Part shown: positions 1 through 11,730 of the stretch, piece by piece
Layout of the letters: each line of letters begins with the position of its first letter
Position numbering within the stretch: the stretch's first letter is position 1
Notes under the pieces: generated by a model
Database searches by the model: none
Seen by the model: only the letters and a program-made list of their open reading frames with translations
Told to the model about the DNA's origin: nothing
Translations under genes and position numbers: made by a program
Assembly: GCA_051942245.1 (NCBI GenBank)
Contig: JAVECL010000099.1
Location: forward strand, 1-54,220
Direction of reading: 5' to 3'
Origin: Trypethelium eluteriae
Taxonomy: Eukaryota
Length of the DNA stretch: 54,220 bases

Positions 1-1274
1 CGTGGATTTCAGTAACGGTGGACGCGAAGTCCATGAGGGATTCGGCGTATGCGCAGAGAACTTCACTGGATTGGTCGCTAGAGGGGACGTTGCTGGTGAT
101 GTCGCTATAGGCGGCCTCGATTCTGGCGTGGTAGGTGGACACGTCGGTGTGTCGGGCACGATAATATGCAGCGGAGAGGGCACACATGAATGAAGCGCGG
201 GCGAGAAAGATTTCGATGGCTCGGAGACGTGTTGGATCTTGGGTTTGAGGTCGGACGGCAAGGACTCCATTTTCTAGCAGATCAGAAGCTGTCTGTTCAA
301 GGAAGGACAGCGAAGGGTTCGCGACAAATAAACCGACAGCCATGTGGCTCATGTGGTCGTATAGAGCGCATAATATAGTCATGGCGGACAATTTAGCCAG
401 ACCTGTGTCGATCATATCGTCTTCAGTAGTGGGGTCTATGAGGGTGGCGTTGACTTCGGTCTGCTCCCGATGCATGTCCTGATCTTCATTTGAGCCTTTC
501 TTGGCATCCGTCTCCATTGGAAGAACGTCATAATCCAGCTCTTGGCTCTCTATTTCGGCACGCATTTGAGCTTCGCTCTCTGCCTCGCGTACCATTTCAT
601 TGGCCTCGGTGATAAGCTTCGCTTGTTGAGCGAGACACTTGTCGTATAGATCTAAAGCTTCTGCTAGGAGAGCTATAGCCTCTGACTTGCTCGCGTCCTG
701 CTCTGAAAGTTCTTCGGCAAGAGAGCTCAAGGCTTGGCCGGTGTTGAAGAGTACATCAGCGGTCTTGGGATTAAGATTAAGGACATAACGGTTGGCTTCG
801 ATGGTTGACCTCAGAAAATCAACCTGCGGGGAGGGAAGATATGGGAGAAATCTGGGTTCTTGAATGATGGTCATATATGCTTGCGCTCTATAGTAAATCA
901 GAACGAGACCTCCCACGGCGTGGAGTCCATGAGCAGTTCGAGTAGGAGCCTTGACTGATCCATAAATTTCCTTTCTGGTATCAAGGCCAGTGTCGCGAAC
1001 GGCAAAATTAGTAATAGACTAGTAGTAGACCGACCTATTGTAGGCGAGCTCGAAGTTTGCTGGGTGCTGCTGTAGCCCCGTGGTGTATACTTCGATGGCT
1101 CTTAGGAAGCCACGAGCGCCTTTGGCGGCGTCGCCGACACGCCATTTTCTGGCGGTCTTGTCGTGGCTGGCCGCAACTGCGAAAGAATCATGTCAATATG
1201 AGGTATGGTTCGATGTACAAAGACGAGATCTTAGTCTTACGTTGCCAGAAATCTTCTGGCGTCTTTGACGCCAT
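1..1274 (-). CDS. TPR-like helical conserved fungal protein (resembles the UPF0656 family); 3'-partial, runs off the window start
   Basis: Not in the ORF track. ATG at 1274; introns 1177-1240 (GTAAGA..CAG) and 888-1034 (GTCGGT..TAG). Spliced product is MASKTPEDFWQLAASHDKTARKWRVGDAAKGARGFLRAIEVYTTGLQQHPANFELAYNRAQAY...ADVLFNTGQALSSLAEE..., open to position 1. The 'KWRxGDAAK..F.RAIE.Y...F.LAYN' and 'ADVLFNT.Q.L' motifs match the family as I recall it. Confidence 0.75.
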
Positions 1275-1662
1275 CTTCACCTTGGACGTGGTGAAGTTGC
1301 GTGGATTCGGCGCGGCGTGTGGTTATAGGGCTAGCTCGGATGTGCTAAGCCGAGCTCGGAGAAACACCAACTCCGACCGGCGTTCTTCACTTCCAGCCTA
1401 GTACTCCAAGGTACCAATGCCACCTTCTAACTCAAAATTCCGTTGGGGTCCTCCCCGAAGGTGCAGAGCAAGAATAGGTCCACTCGGTACGGAGCACGGT
1501 AGACGGGGATTTCAACCACCTTCTCACAATCGCTCACGTATACAAATTGTAAAATCATTGTTGAGGGCCTCCTCGAGTCTATGGAGGTCAAAATATCCGG
1601 GAATCCATGTACTAACGCTTTTTACATGACATCTATTCAAATTTCCGCGATAGGCCTGGCCA

Positions 1663-4600
1663 TCACCACAACATCCAAAGGCAAAGCCTGTTGAACTCTT
1701 TTTCCTCGAATGGCGCCTCCCGAGAGCTTGGTATTAGCTTATTCCTTATTTCTACCGCCCGAGCTCTACAATCCCTGCTCTCTACTTCCATTCCTTTCTC
1801 TGCGTACAAGACTGCAAGCTTGTAGTTTGCTCTAGCAAGCTGACCTTCCCCCTCCCGTAGTATTTCAGAAATGGTAACGAGTTGTGTCAGGAGTTCACTG
1901 GTCATGGTTAGAAGGATATCTTCAGGAAATTGGGGTCAACTTACATTGCAGATGCCAACTTGTGCTGCTTGTGCAGTATACCTGCAACGTCGTACAAGGA
2001 ATCACACGTCTTCAGACGATTTCCGAGCATCTTTTGTCGGAATGTAAGAGCCTTCGAGGCAAGTCGCATAGCATCTTCGTTGCGACCCTGTCGAAGCCGA
2101 ATGCGGGAGAAAAGGACCATGTCACCAGAAAATCGGGGATTGCCCGTGTTCAGGAAGGTTTCATCAGTAAAATCCAGGAGAGAAGGGCATTTCTTAAGGG
2201 TCTTCTCCGCCTCGTTCGGCTTCCCCATTCGAAGCTGGAGACTGGACAGGTTGCTGTATGAGTTACCAATACGATCGGGTGCGGAGCAAAGACGTATCTC
2301 AATTGCCTTCATGTGTGCCTCGTAAGCCTTATCTAGCTCTTCCATTTCAGTATAAGCTAGAGCAATATTGTTAAGGCTTGCCGCAACGAGAGGGTCATCT
2401 GGCCCAGAACATTTCACACGTATCTTGTAGGCAGCATGGAAACGATCCAGGGCGCTTTGAGCATCATTCAGATCTAAGTCTACTAGACCTGAAAGGTCAA
2501 CGGCACTCGCAAAAGCAAGTGTGCCCTTGTAGAGAAATGTGTCTAGAGCTACGCTGATAAGATCGCGTGCCACGTCGTAGACCTCTCGCTCATATAGATA
2601 CCTAGGGATATTAGTATTGCGAGATTGTTTCCATTTGGGGAAGAAATTTTACCAAGAGCATCGAAGGAGAAGCTCTCCATAGGCCTGCGCATCTTGAACT
2701 GGGATCTGGTAATGTCCTGCCAGTTTGACCAAATGATGAACGTGTGGAAGACACTTTTCACATTTCGTCCAAGCTTGGAACTGGTGGCCAACGTCGACAC
2801 TCCATGTGTCAGGGAACCCCCAACTCAAGAAGCTTACTGCAGCACTGAAATATTGAGATTGACTATCCTTCGTCAACCTTCGTATCACAGTAGCTTGTAT
2901 GAGACGGTGCAAGGACAAAATGGCGTCGTCATTGCTCCTATCAATCAATGCTGCCTGTAAAAGGGTTTCCTGGGCATCGCCAAGGCTTTATCTGTTAGCT
3001 GATAGTGATCCCCGATTGCACTTGACTTACTCCATTTCATCTTGCATGAATTGGAATTGTGACTCTCCCGAGTTTTTTGAACCTTCAACGAGGATTTCCT
3101 CGTGTATCGAGTCCGGCTCAAGAAAGGCCATCAATTGGAGTAGCTCAACGGAATCGCCTGAGAGTCTCGTCAATGACATTTCCCATACGGTGCTTAACGT
3201 GTGATCATAATCGCTAAGGCCTGTCTTCCTGGAATCGATCCTCGGTGCATTTCGTTCGTATAGAGGGAGAAAGTCCTGTAACGGCATTTTTCGCTGCGTG
3301 ATAAATCCACCAATCTGATTCAGAGCAAGCGGGAGTCCGCCGAGAGTTCGTGCAATTTCCTCGGCCTTAAGTCTATTGGATTCAACATTCACATCCAGTC
3401 CAATAATGTCCAGGAGCAGCTGCGAGCCAAGGATATAGTCAAAAGGTTGTACATGCAAGCCGGACGTCGCTGGGGCATGGGCGGCATTGAAGTCGCGGGT
3501 TGTGAGCAGCACAGAACCATGCGCACCGCCAGGCCATGCGAGCTTGAGCGTCTCCAGATTATCGGCGTTATCGAATATGACCAACCATGGCGAGTCTGAT
3601 CAGATCAGTGCACTATTCAAGTATTTCCATTCTTCTTGAGGTGACCCATTTACAGACATGATTCACTTAAGAAGGGTGTCGTCTCATGTTCCAAAGGGCA
3701 CCACAAACCCCTCTATACATGTCTAGCATCGAATGAAGGAGCATCAGGTCATGACCATGCCGAGAAGTCTCGTAAAATGGCATTCCCAAAACGAAACCAT
3801 GAACTTACTGTTCTCTACAAGCCATTCTTTCACGACTAAGATAGCTGAAGCCGCATCCTGGAGCTCATCCTCGTTCTCTCCGAGCTTCAGTCGTCTGGCA
3901 ATGTCTCTGAAACTCTGTCCTATGTTGATGAACGTGTCTGCAGAGATCCATAGAATGAACTGATACTTGTGCCTACATTGCCTTGCGTATTGTAATGCAA
4001 TCTGCGTCTTACCAACGCCCCCCATACCATACAGAGCAAAGCTCTTGAGAGATTCAGGTGCTTTCCCAGGGTCTAGAGCCTCGCCAATGGCTTCAAGAGC
4101 TTGCTTTCTCCCACAGAAACGAGGATTCAGCTCGAAAGGAATATAATGACATCTTGTGACGGCGCCACCGCCGGTCTTTTGAACCCGTAGGTCATCCATG
4201 AGATCCAAGACTTCTTTGTATTTTGCTTTCTCAGTCCTCATACGAGCAATGTCTGCTTCGGCTTCCACAGCGGACGACAACCGTTTGATTCGTCGGACCG
4301 TGCGACCAAAATCTGTGCGAAATTCCTCCCATGCTCCTCGTCGTAATAGAGTATGTGGATGAGTACGAAAGAAGTGTATTGCCCTAGCATAGAAGCATAT
4401 CACCTCCATATATACCTCAAGGAGGGCATTTTCCAAAGCTCTGTCCATAGGGAGTGTCTCTTCATACGCTCGGAATCGAGGCAAGGTGAGGCTGAGTTCC
4501 TCAAGCATATCCAAAACATCTTGGACCAATGTGTCGCCCGAAGAGGAGGCCAACGTAAGCAGCATTCGGATGCTACCCCAGACTAATGCTGTGATTCTTG

Positions 4601-4909
4601 CATCTGCACCGAAATAAAGCGCAATGATTGCTGAGAAGTCGTCCACGAACTTCATCCGGGGACCTAGACGATTCAAAGAGCTCAGGGTTGCGCTTCCTGG
4701 CCCGGCTAGTTTCATGCCATTCAGGAGATCTTCCAATGATCCAACCTCGATAACATCCAAATAGTCGTCATTTCCGGCGAGCTCAGCTCGATAGCGCTCG
4801 ACGGCTCGATCCCATAGCGGACTTCCTGTTCGATTTTTCCTAGACAGTTCAGTACGTGAGCTTTGGTAGATATGAGATCTGATGCGCACTTAGCACTCTC
4901 TTTCGACAT
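1663..4909 (-). CDS. NLR-like STAND protein: helical N-terminal domain + NB-ARC P-loop + TPR repeats
   Basis: Six exons joined in frame through introns 4840-4889, 3596-3808, 2986-3030, 2602-2652 and 1898-1944. Walker A GMGGVGKT, Walker B WLVIFDNAD, RNBS-B LLTTRD and GLPLAL motifs are present. TPR repeats include AASLNNIALAY, GNSYSNLSSL, CDSLYDVAGIL and ARANYKLAVLY. Confidence 0.9.
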
Positions 4910-5648
4910 GGTGAAAGCAATGTCAGCCTGGCAAGAAGTGCGGAACCACTTTAAACTGCCGCACGTGGCGTAGGCTTGGTGTGACCTCCTGCATTGTGAT
5001 GCATGGCGTCATTTTATGCCGTTCATTGACGCAGCGGTTCAGGCAGGAGCATAATAGGGGAATGCAGAGGTTGCCCGGGAATGACGATAGCTGACTAAGA
5101 TAATAGACATGGCGATCTCACGCGAATATAGAATTTTCTACGTTCAATCTGTCAAATTGCATTGTTGGCAAATTTTGACATATACTGAAGAAGTACTCGA
5201 TTCGAAGCACTCGACCACCAAGCCCACCAAGGAGCGAAATGTACTAGGTAGAATGTCGGTGCTACCTTGGCGTAGCCGACATTCAGAAAATCCCTTCAGG
5301 GTTAGGAGATCCCCGGTAAAACCTAATCAAAAATGGTAGAAAAAGCGCTCAGCAAAATATCAAAGAAAGCTCCATAAAATCTCACTACTATTCCATCTCA
5401 GTTTTCTTCATAACCGAGTAGCGCGCCACACATTTTTAGGGGCTCGTGTATCCTGGCACGCCTGGCGACATTTCTAATTCATCGCCTAGTGGGCTTCAAG
5501 AGTGCGCTTGATGTGACCAATCACGATGCGCAGAACCCCTGCCAGCCACCAAAATGCCAGGATGACTCGACATTTCTATCATTACTTATAGCCATGCTGC
5601 CCTATGTCTGAACCTGAATGAACGAAATTTCTCTCGTCTAGAATAAGA

Positions 5649-6050
5649 ATGGCTACTCCAACGGTAACAGACTACCAAACTCGCGTTTATACCCTTCTTC
5701 AGCAAATACCAGCCGGCCACATCGCCTCTTATGCTTCACTGGCGAAGGCTTTGGACTCATCTCCGCGCGCAGTCGGCGGGGCTTTACGAAGAAATCCGTT
5801 TGCTCCAGAGGTACCATGTCACCGAGTTATCGCCTCCAGCGGTGTAAGTCACCCAGAACTCTCGTCAAGAAGTAGAACTCATATCCAATCGCTTCAGTAC
5901 ATTGGAGGGTTCAAGGGGGACTGGGAAAAAGCGCCCAGCGGTATCAACTGCGAAAAGAAGCTGGAATTGCTCAAATCGGAAGGGGTGAAATTTGACGGAA
6001 AAGGTATGCTGATTGATAGGACAAGATGGTGGGACGCGTTTCAGGCCTGA
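5649..6050 (+). CDS. O6-alkylguanine-DNA alkyltransferase family protein (MGMT C-terminal/ATL-sized, catalytic PCHR retained)
   Basis: IPAGHIASYASLA, RAVGGAL (Arg finger), NP..PEVPCHRV and K..LLKSEG motifs. One 54-nt intron at 5844-5897 (GTAAGT..CAG); removing it gives ASSG/YIGGF. Confidence 0.9.
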   Translation: MATPTVTDYQTRVYTLLQQIPAGHIASYASLAKALDSSPRAVGGALRRNPFAPEVPCHRVIASSGVSHPELSSRSRTHIQSLQYIGGFKGDWEKAPSGINCEKKLELLKSEGVKFDGKGMLIDRTRWWDAFQA

Positions 6051-6117
6051 GAGGCTGCTAAAAAGAAAGTGTAAGAAGACCGTTGAGAATTTCACTAGAC
6101 ACTAATATTCACACATG

Positions 6118-7452
6118 CTAATGCTGTAAGACCTGAATGATCTGAAATATTACCTGGAGCAACGCCAAGAGAATACCGAGTACGCCAAAACCGAGGACCG
6201 CCCAGAACGTTAGCCATGAAGCAGAATCGCGTTTGTCATGCCACAGTTCTATCCAAGTTCTCGGTCTTCTCTCTGAAAGGTAATGCGACAGGGCAGCAAG
6301 TCGGGGTTTTAGAATGGGGAAGTCATGAGATAGATCATAGTTCTCGCGCTCGCGTACCTCCAATAAAGTTCGTAAGCGCTTATGTCCACATAATGAATCA
6401 AGAAACTCGTCCCTCCCTTCCCTCGGGCGGTTCTCAAAAGGGCTGAGGCTGCGATATACTCTTCTTGCCCTTTTGTTTTGACCGAAGACGAGTCTGTAAG
6501 ATAATATAGTCTCATTCAAGAGTTGAGTAACCTGAGTTGCGGTAGCCCATTGTCTAGTGCTACGTGATGGGTTAGCGCAAGCATGAACCACACTATAACG
6601 CGTATCGGATGTGCCACTTGGGGGAAGATGCCGAGCGCAAAACGCCGGATACCGGAATAGGAACACTTTCCTAGAGCCAGCGTCAAACTCCAAATGGCAC
6701 GAGAGGCTGTCAACCCACTCGATTGCCAAGTCTCCGATGGTGGTGAGAAGATGAGCATTAAACGAGACAGCCGAGACATGCTTAATTCCTTGAGAAGGGG
6801 CGTCTTCTTTACAAGGATCAGGTAGCATGTCAAAATCCTGCGGCGGCAATAGGACCCCGAAGCCAAGGAGAAATTCGTCCAAAAGTTTCCTGCATCCGGA
6901 AAGATCTTGCTTTAAACACATCCGGCTGTAGCCTTGATAGAACCCCATTTCGTTCACGATTGCTAGCTGCACAGGTGGACAGGAGCGCACATCTGGCTGG
7001 TACAGCATTGTCTGCCAGCCGATAACCATGAAAACGAGACTTTGGGGAGCAAACCGAGTTCCTTGCTCATGCTTTGCTTGTAGGACGCCGTCTTCGCACA
7101 GACGAACCGTAATATCATCAATACTCATGCGCTCCTCCGCCAACATGAAGCGCGACACGCCTTTCCAAAGCTCGATAAACGATGCCGACCATTGTGGATG
7201 AGTGGAAGGGGCGTAGTCCGGAAGGAAAGAGAATAGCTCTTGGGGCTGCCTCTGAATTTGGTCACGGATCCACCAGCCATATCCCTGCGGATCTTCAATG
7301 GCATCCAGGCTGTGCGGACAAGATCGTGTGTGGGAAGTGACTTGTAGAATTTTCTGCGTAGTCGCTTTATCCTTTGTCTAATTAGCAACAGACCCTCAAC
7401 AACGAGATGCAAACTCGACACGTACCGACGGAGAATGAGCGCGAGCCTCCAT
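6118..7452 (-). CDS. Uncharacterised fungal protein with a C-terminal transmembrane segment
   Basis: The ORF-track frame extends upstream to a TAG acceptor at 7378. Intron 7378-7425 (GTACGT..CTAAT-TAG) joins a 9-codon first exon, MEARAHSPS (ATG 7452). Internal IEWVDSLSCHLEFD...FLFRYP motif; hydrophobic C-terminus WLTFWAVLGFGVLGILLALLQVIFQIIQVL. Confidence 0.75.
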
Positions 7453-8062
7453 AGCGCGATAATTCAGATCATTAGACTTTTTCGAGACGGACTTGTGTTC
7501 TCACGTATAAGACTTCGAATGGTTCGACTTCAAAATAATTGTCTTCGTGTCCCAATTTGCACGAGGAGGCTTTACTTAATGCTTTTCGTAACAGCAAGCA
7601 AATAGCCCAAAGACAAGAGATGGCAGGATTAGCTTCAAGTTTTGCCTCAGGACAATCAAGATCTGTAGCAACGTTAGATGAAGTGTTGTATTCTGTGGAC
7701 TCACTGTAGGTCTAAATATGCAAGAGCTGAGCTTCATGCTACACGGGCCTTGATCAAACTCCGAGAGAGGGCGCCAGAGAGTTTCAGCCATCTCTATACA
7801 TGTCACTCCAGCCCCGAGCTGATTGGTTTCATATTGTGTTGCGCGGACACAGTCCCAAAGCTGAGTGTGTACGGGAAACCTCTGTACTCGCGCGCGTAAA
7901 TGAGGTGGGTACCCGACTTATTATATTTGCTTCTTGCAGCACGGGGCACACAGCAATCCGAATCATGATACTCTACTCCGTACTCAGTTGGCAGACAAGA
8001 ATTACCTCGTCAGCTACCCTCCACAGCATCAATTTGCATCCAAAAGAATAGCCCTGGCGAAG

Positions 8063-10578
8063 ATGGACGGTCCTATGGTGCACCGACTCGGGGTGAGCCG
8101 TTTGTTTGAAGGCTTAACGCCAAGGGAGAAGTTATACGCGCATCACCTATCCAAGTCTGAGGCAACCCTCGATTGCGGCGATTCTGAGCTATTTGGAAGA
8201 CTGACGAATCAAAAGAGCTGCTTGGAAAGGATGTCGTATCATATTCCGCCAAGTTTCTCCGGAGGCGACGACGATCCACGACTTCATCATCGAGATGTAC
8301 TCATATTGCCAAGGGAGATGGAATATGTACATTGACGACAACCTGGTCACTCCTCAAGAGCTGGGAAATTTCTTGGAATATGCGGCAATCTTTTTGTCCA
8401 ATCTTGGCAACTACTACGTTAGTGATTTCTATCCATCCTTACAGAAACAGTCCATCGCCTACATTTACTCTTAAGGGTTCCGGTGATCAGAAATTTGTAC
8501 CCAACCTAGGCCTGGAGGCCCTCGATAGGCTAGCCTCAAAATCACCCGAAGCAAGCAAACTCTTTGCCAAGATCGCTGGACCCATGATGTCTATTCCGCC
8601 ATTCAATCTGGAATATCCTAGCGATTTGACCCAAAGCGCATATTACCCTGGCCCAAACACCATGAATGAACATGAAATTGCTGTTGTTTCCGAAGCAATG
8701 GAGCAGCGTCTAATCTTTCCGGAGAATACTCGCATACGAAAGGAGATCCACTCTTCTCACTCGAAAATTTTCGAAGTTCTTCAAGCCTCGGTTGTGAAGG
8801 ATGACAGCGCCTTACAACTACCTTCCACAATCCCAAATAGTATCCTGAAGCTTGTCCGAGGCGACCACGCGGAAGAATTAGAAGGTGTCTGTGTGTCATT
8901 CGAGCAAGCCATCCAATACGCCGCAAATGACCTACAGAAAGAATATCTGTTCCTATGTCTACAAAGTTTCCGGTCTGGAAATCTTGAAACTTATCGCGAC
9001 TCTCAAAGAGCATGGGTACAGGACAAAATGCCTCGCGTCGAGAGCATCTTTGGTTTCGTAGAACCGTATCGGGATCCTTACGGCACAAGAGCAGAATTTG
9101 AAGGACTGGTAGCAATCTTAGATAAGGAAGAAACTAAGGCCTTGACACGTCTAGTAGAGCATGGCGATACCTTCATACGACGACTTCCTTGGGCCAATGG
9201 AAGCGAGAACAATGGCAAAGGTCCTTTTGAGAAGGCGCTATTTCAACCTCCAGATTTCACAAGTATCCATGGTACGTGATACCTGGAAACACATCGGACT
9301 TAACTAAGAAGCGCAAAGCATTGGCATATTGTTCAAGCATAATTTTCCCTGGTATCAACCTCCCCAACGTAAGCTGAAGCATTACCCGGCCGTAAATGGA
9401 CGTGAACTAATACCAGAGTCCAGTACAATGATATTCGACAAGAGAACGGCTTCAAAAATGTCATTATCGCAAATCGTATGAGTGCTGAAAGTAGTACCGA
9501 AGATACCTGCCCATTCGTAGATGATATGGAGTCCGAGACGTTTCAAAAACACAAATTCGCTGCATACTACCTATACGTCGTCATTCATGAGCTACTGGGT
9601 CACGGTACTAGTAAAATGTTGATCGAAAGCGAAGACGGGTCATTCAACTTCAATCAACGCCCTGACAATCCTCTGACAGGAAGGCCAATCGACACTTGGT
9701 ACCGGCCAGGCCAGACTTGGACGGGCCAATTCGGTGACCTTGCAACTACGCTTGACGAATGTCGGGCAGAACTCGTTGGGGCCTACCTTATGGACGACGA
9801 GGACTTATTGGCTCTGTTCGGATACGACGAACATTCGACGCCGACGTGTAGCGAACGTAAGTATTGCATATGATCTCCTTGTTTCCATTCGTGTGTCTAT
9901 CGTGAATCCATGAGGGTGTGAAAAATGCTTCTGCGGGAGGAGACAGGTAGTCAGGCACCTTCCGGGTATCTTGCCTGTGTAGTTGCTGTATTGTCCCGTA
10001 TACTTACGGTACAGTTCGATGGAAACAGTAATGGCTCATATTTCCAGGCCTCATGTCTGGTGTCTGCTGGACTGACTATTGACTGACAAATAGTAACATA
10101 CAACGCCTATCTGCAAATCTGCGTCGACGGCATTACAGGCCTGCGAAACTTCAATGTGGAAAGCGGCAAATGGGGTCAAGCCCATAGTAGAGCGCATTTT
10201 GCAATGCTGAAATGCCTCCTTCGCGAAGGCGAGGGATGCGCATCAGTTGAGTGCGATCCCACTAGCCAGCACCTAGTCGTGCGCGTCGATCGTTCCAAGA
10301 TCAAGACGGGAGGGAAGAAGGCACTGGGTGACATGCTGCTTAAACTGCACATCTATCGCTGTACAGCGGATGTGCAGATCTGCCGCTCCTATTTTGAAGA
10401 ACTTTCAAGCGTCAATGGGGAGTATCTAGAGTGGCGCAAGATTGCGCTTGCGAAGAATCAGCGCAGGAAGATCTTCGTTCAAGCCAACACCTTCCTCGAA
10501 GGGGAGGAGGTGATCCTCAAGGAGTACGAAGCGACATATGAAGGGATAATTCAGAGTTGGGCGGAGCGGAATGTATAG
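8063..10578 (+). CDS. DPP3: Dipeptidyl peptidase III (peptidase M49), divergent paralog; start uncertain, possible N-terminal extension from about 7620
   Basis: EKLYAHHLS, RQVSPE, NLGNYY/GSGDQKF, GFVEPYRDPYGTRAEFEG, GINLPNYNDIRQENGFKNV, zinc motif HELLGH, DECRAE and the C-terminal FVQANT..IIQSWAER. Introns 8155-8215, 8418-8475, 9272-9318, 9369-9423 and 9857-10093 all restore the frame. Confidence 0.9.
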
Positions 10579-10797
10579 TGCCAAGGCGACTTTGGTTGGC
10601 ATTGTATCAACGAGGGAAAGAGGCCTGGCCTCAGTTCCGGAAGAGCTTGCAAAATACCTAACGAGGCTTCTCGTGAATGTTTTGGCACTAGATCTCTGCT
10701 AAACTGAGCCGTGACGGCTTCCTACCTTGTAGTTGTCGGGCTCCAACTCGACGACAATGACTCTCATATAGCCTGTCCAATAGCATTAGTACAATTT

Positions 10798-11690
10798 TTA
10801 GCAGACGATCGCTCCATGGACCTGTTCATCGTTCACCATCTCCGCTTCCAACAGTGTAGCATCCATTATACAGTACATACTTGTCGCCAATGGTCCATCC
10901 CCCTCTAACCCGGAACAAAACCGCGATATCAGAGCGACGTCCCGGCCCCTGACTTCCCCAATCTTCAGAGTATCTTCTGGACATGCCGCTGCGCATCTAA
11001 TGTCCCCGTTCCTCACATCCTGGACATACACTTGACATGTCTACTCCACCCCAGGTCTCCCATAAAACCCAGGTCACTCGTTCGTATACAGCCCCTCCAG
11101 CTGCCCCTGCGTTAATCCAAAAATTCTGCAGGTATACCAGCTGCACGCCTCACACCGCTTCAAGAATGTGCGCCTCTTCATCACCCTCCGCGGTGCCGAC
11201 CAACGATGGCATAGGACTCAGGAGGCTGTGCTGCGCCGGCCCGGACGGCTTGACGATCACCACGCCGTCGGGCTTCCAGCGGACCAGCAACTGCGACGGC
11301 TCCTCACCGTACTGGTACATAACACCGGTGAATTTTTGGACGCCAATTCGTGCGTCTGGCATGCAGGCCAGGTGGGAGAAGGGGGAGGCAGACCAGCTGG
11401 TCGGACGTCACCTGGGCGTGCAGGACGGAGGTGATATCGGTAGTGAAGAAGTGAGCGGCGGCGATTTTGAGGGGCGCCGTCATATTAGAGCTGGGTGCGT
11501 TCCGAGGCAACGTTGGCCATAGATATCAGCGAGGTGGTCCGGCGGGGCGAGCAGTAGGTGATGGTGAGGCTTTTGTGGACGCTGAAGGCGAGGTCGCCGA
11601 AGATAGCATTGGAGACGCGGATAGGATTGTAGATGAGTTGGTCGATGAGGCAGGTCGCAGACAGCGCTTTGATCTTGCATCAATGGCTTA
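10798..11690 (-). pseudogene. Degraded coding relic of unidentified family
   Basis: GC-rich segment with gene-like third-position bias. Successive protein-like stretches (LIDQLIYNPIRVSNAIFGDLAFSVHK; HFFTTDITSVLHAQV; RIGVQKFTGVMYQYGEEPSQLLVRW; GLTQGQLEGLYTNE*PGFYGRPGVE*) lie in different frames with stops and no convincing splice sites between them. Confidence 0.35.
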
Positions 11691-11730
11691 ACGTGGTCTG
11701 ACTTCATTGGTATTTAGTACCAGAGGACTT

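Noticed and set aside
4840..4909. N-terminal amyloid signalling motif on the NLR
   Set aside because: The short first exon (MSKESAK) is charged and lacks the N/Q/G pseudo-repeat pattern, and no adjacent HeLo-prion-domain gene was found.
9857..10093. Longer introns (DPP III 9857-10093, NLR 3596-3808) as snoRNA hosts
   Set aside because: No properly placed C/D or H/ACA box pair with terminal stem could be identified by eye.
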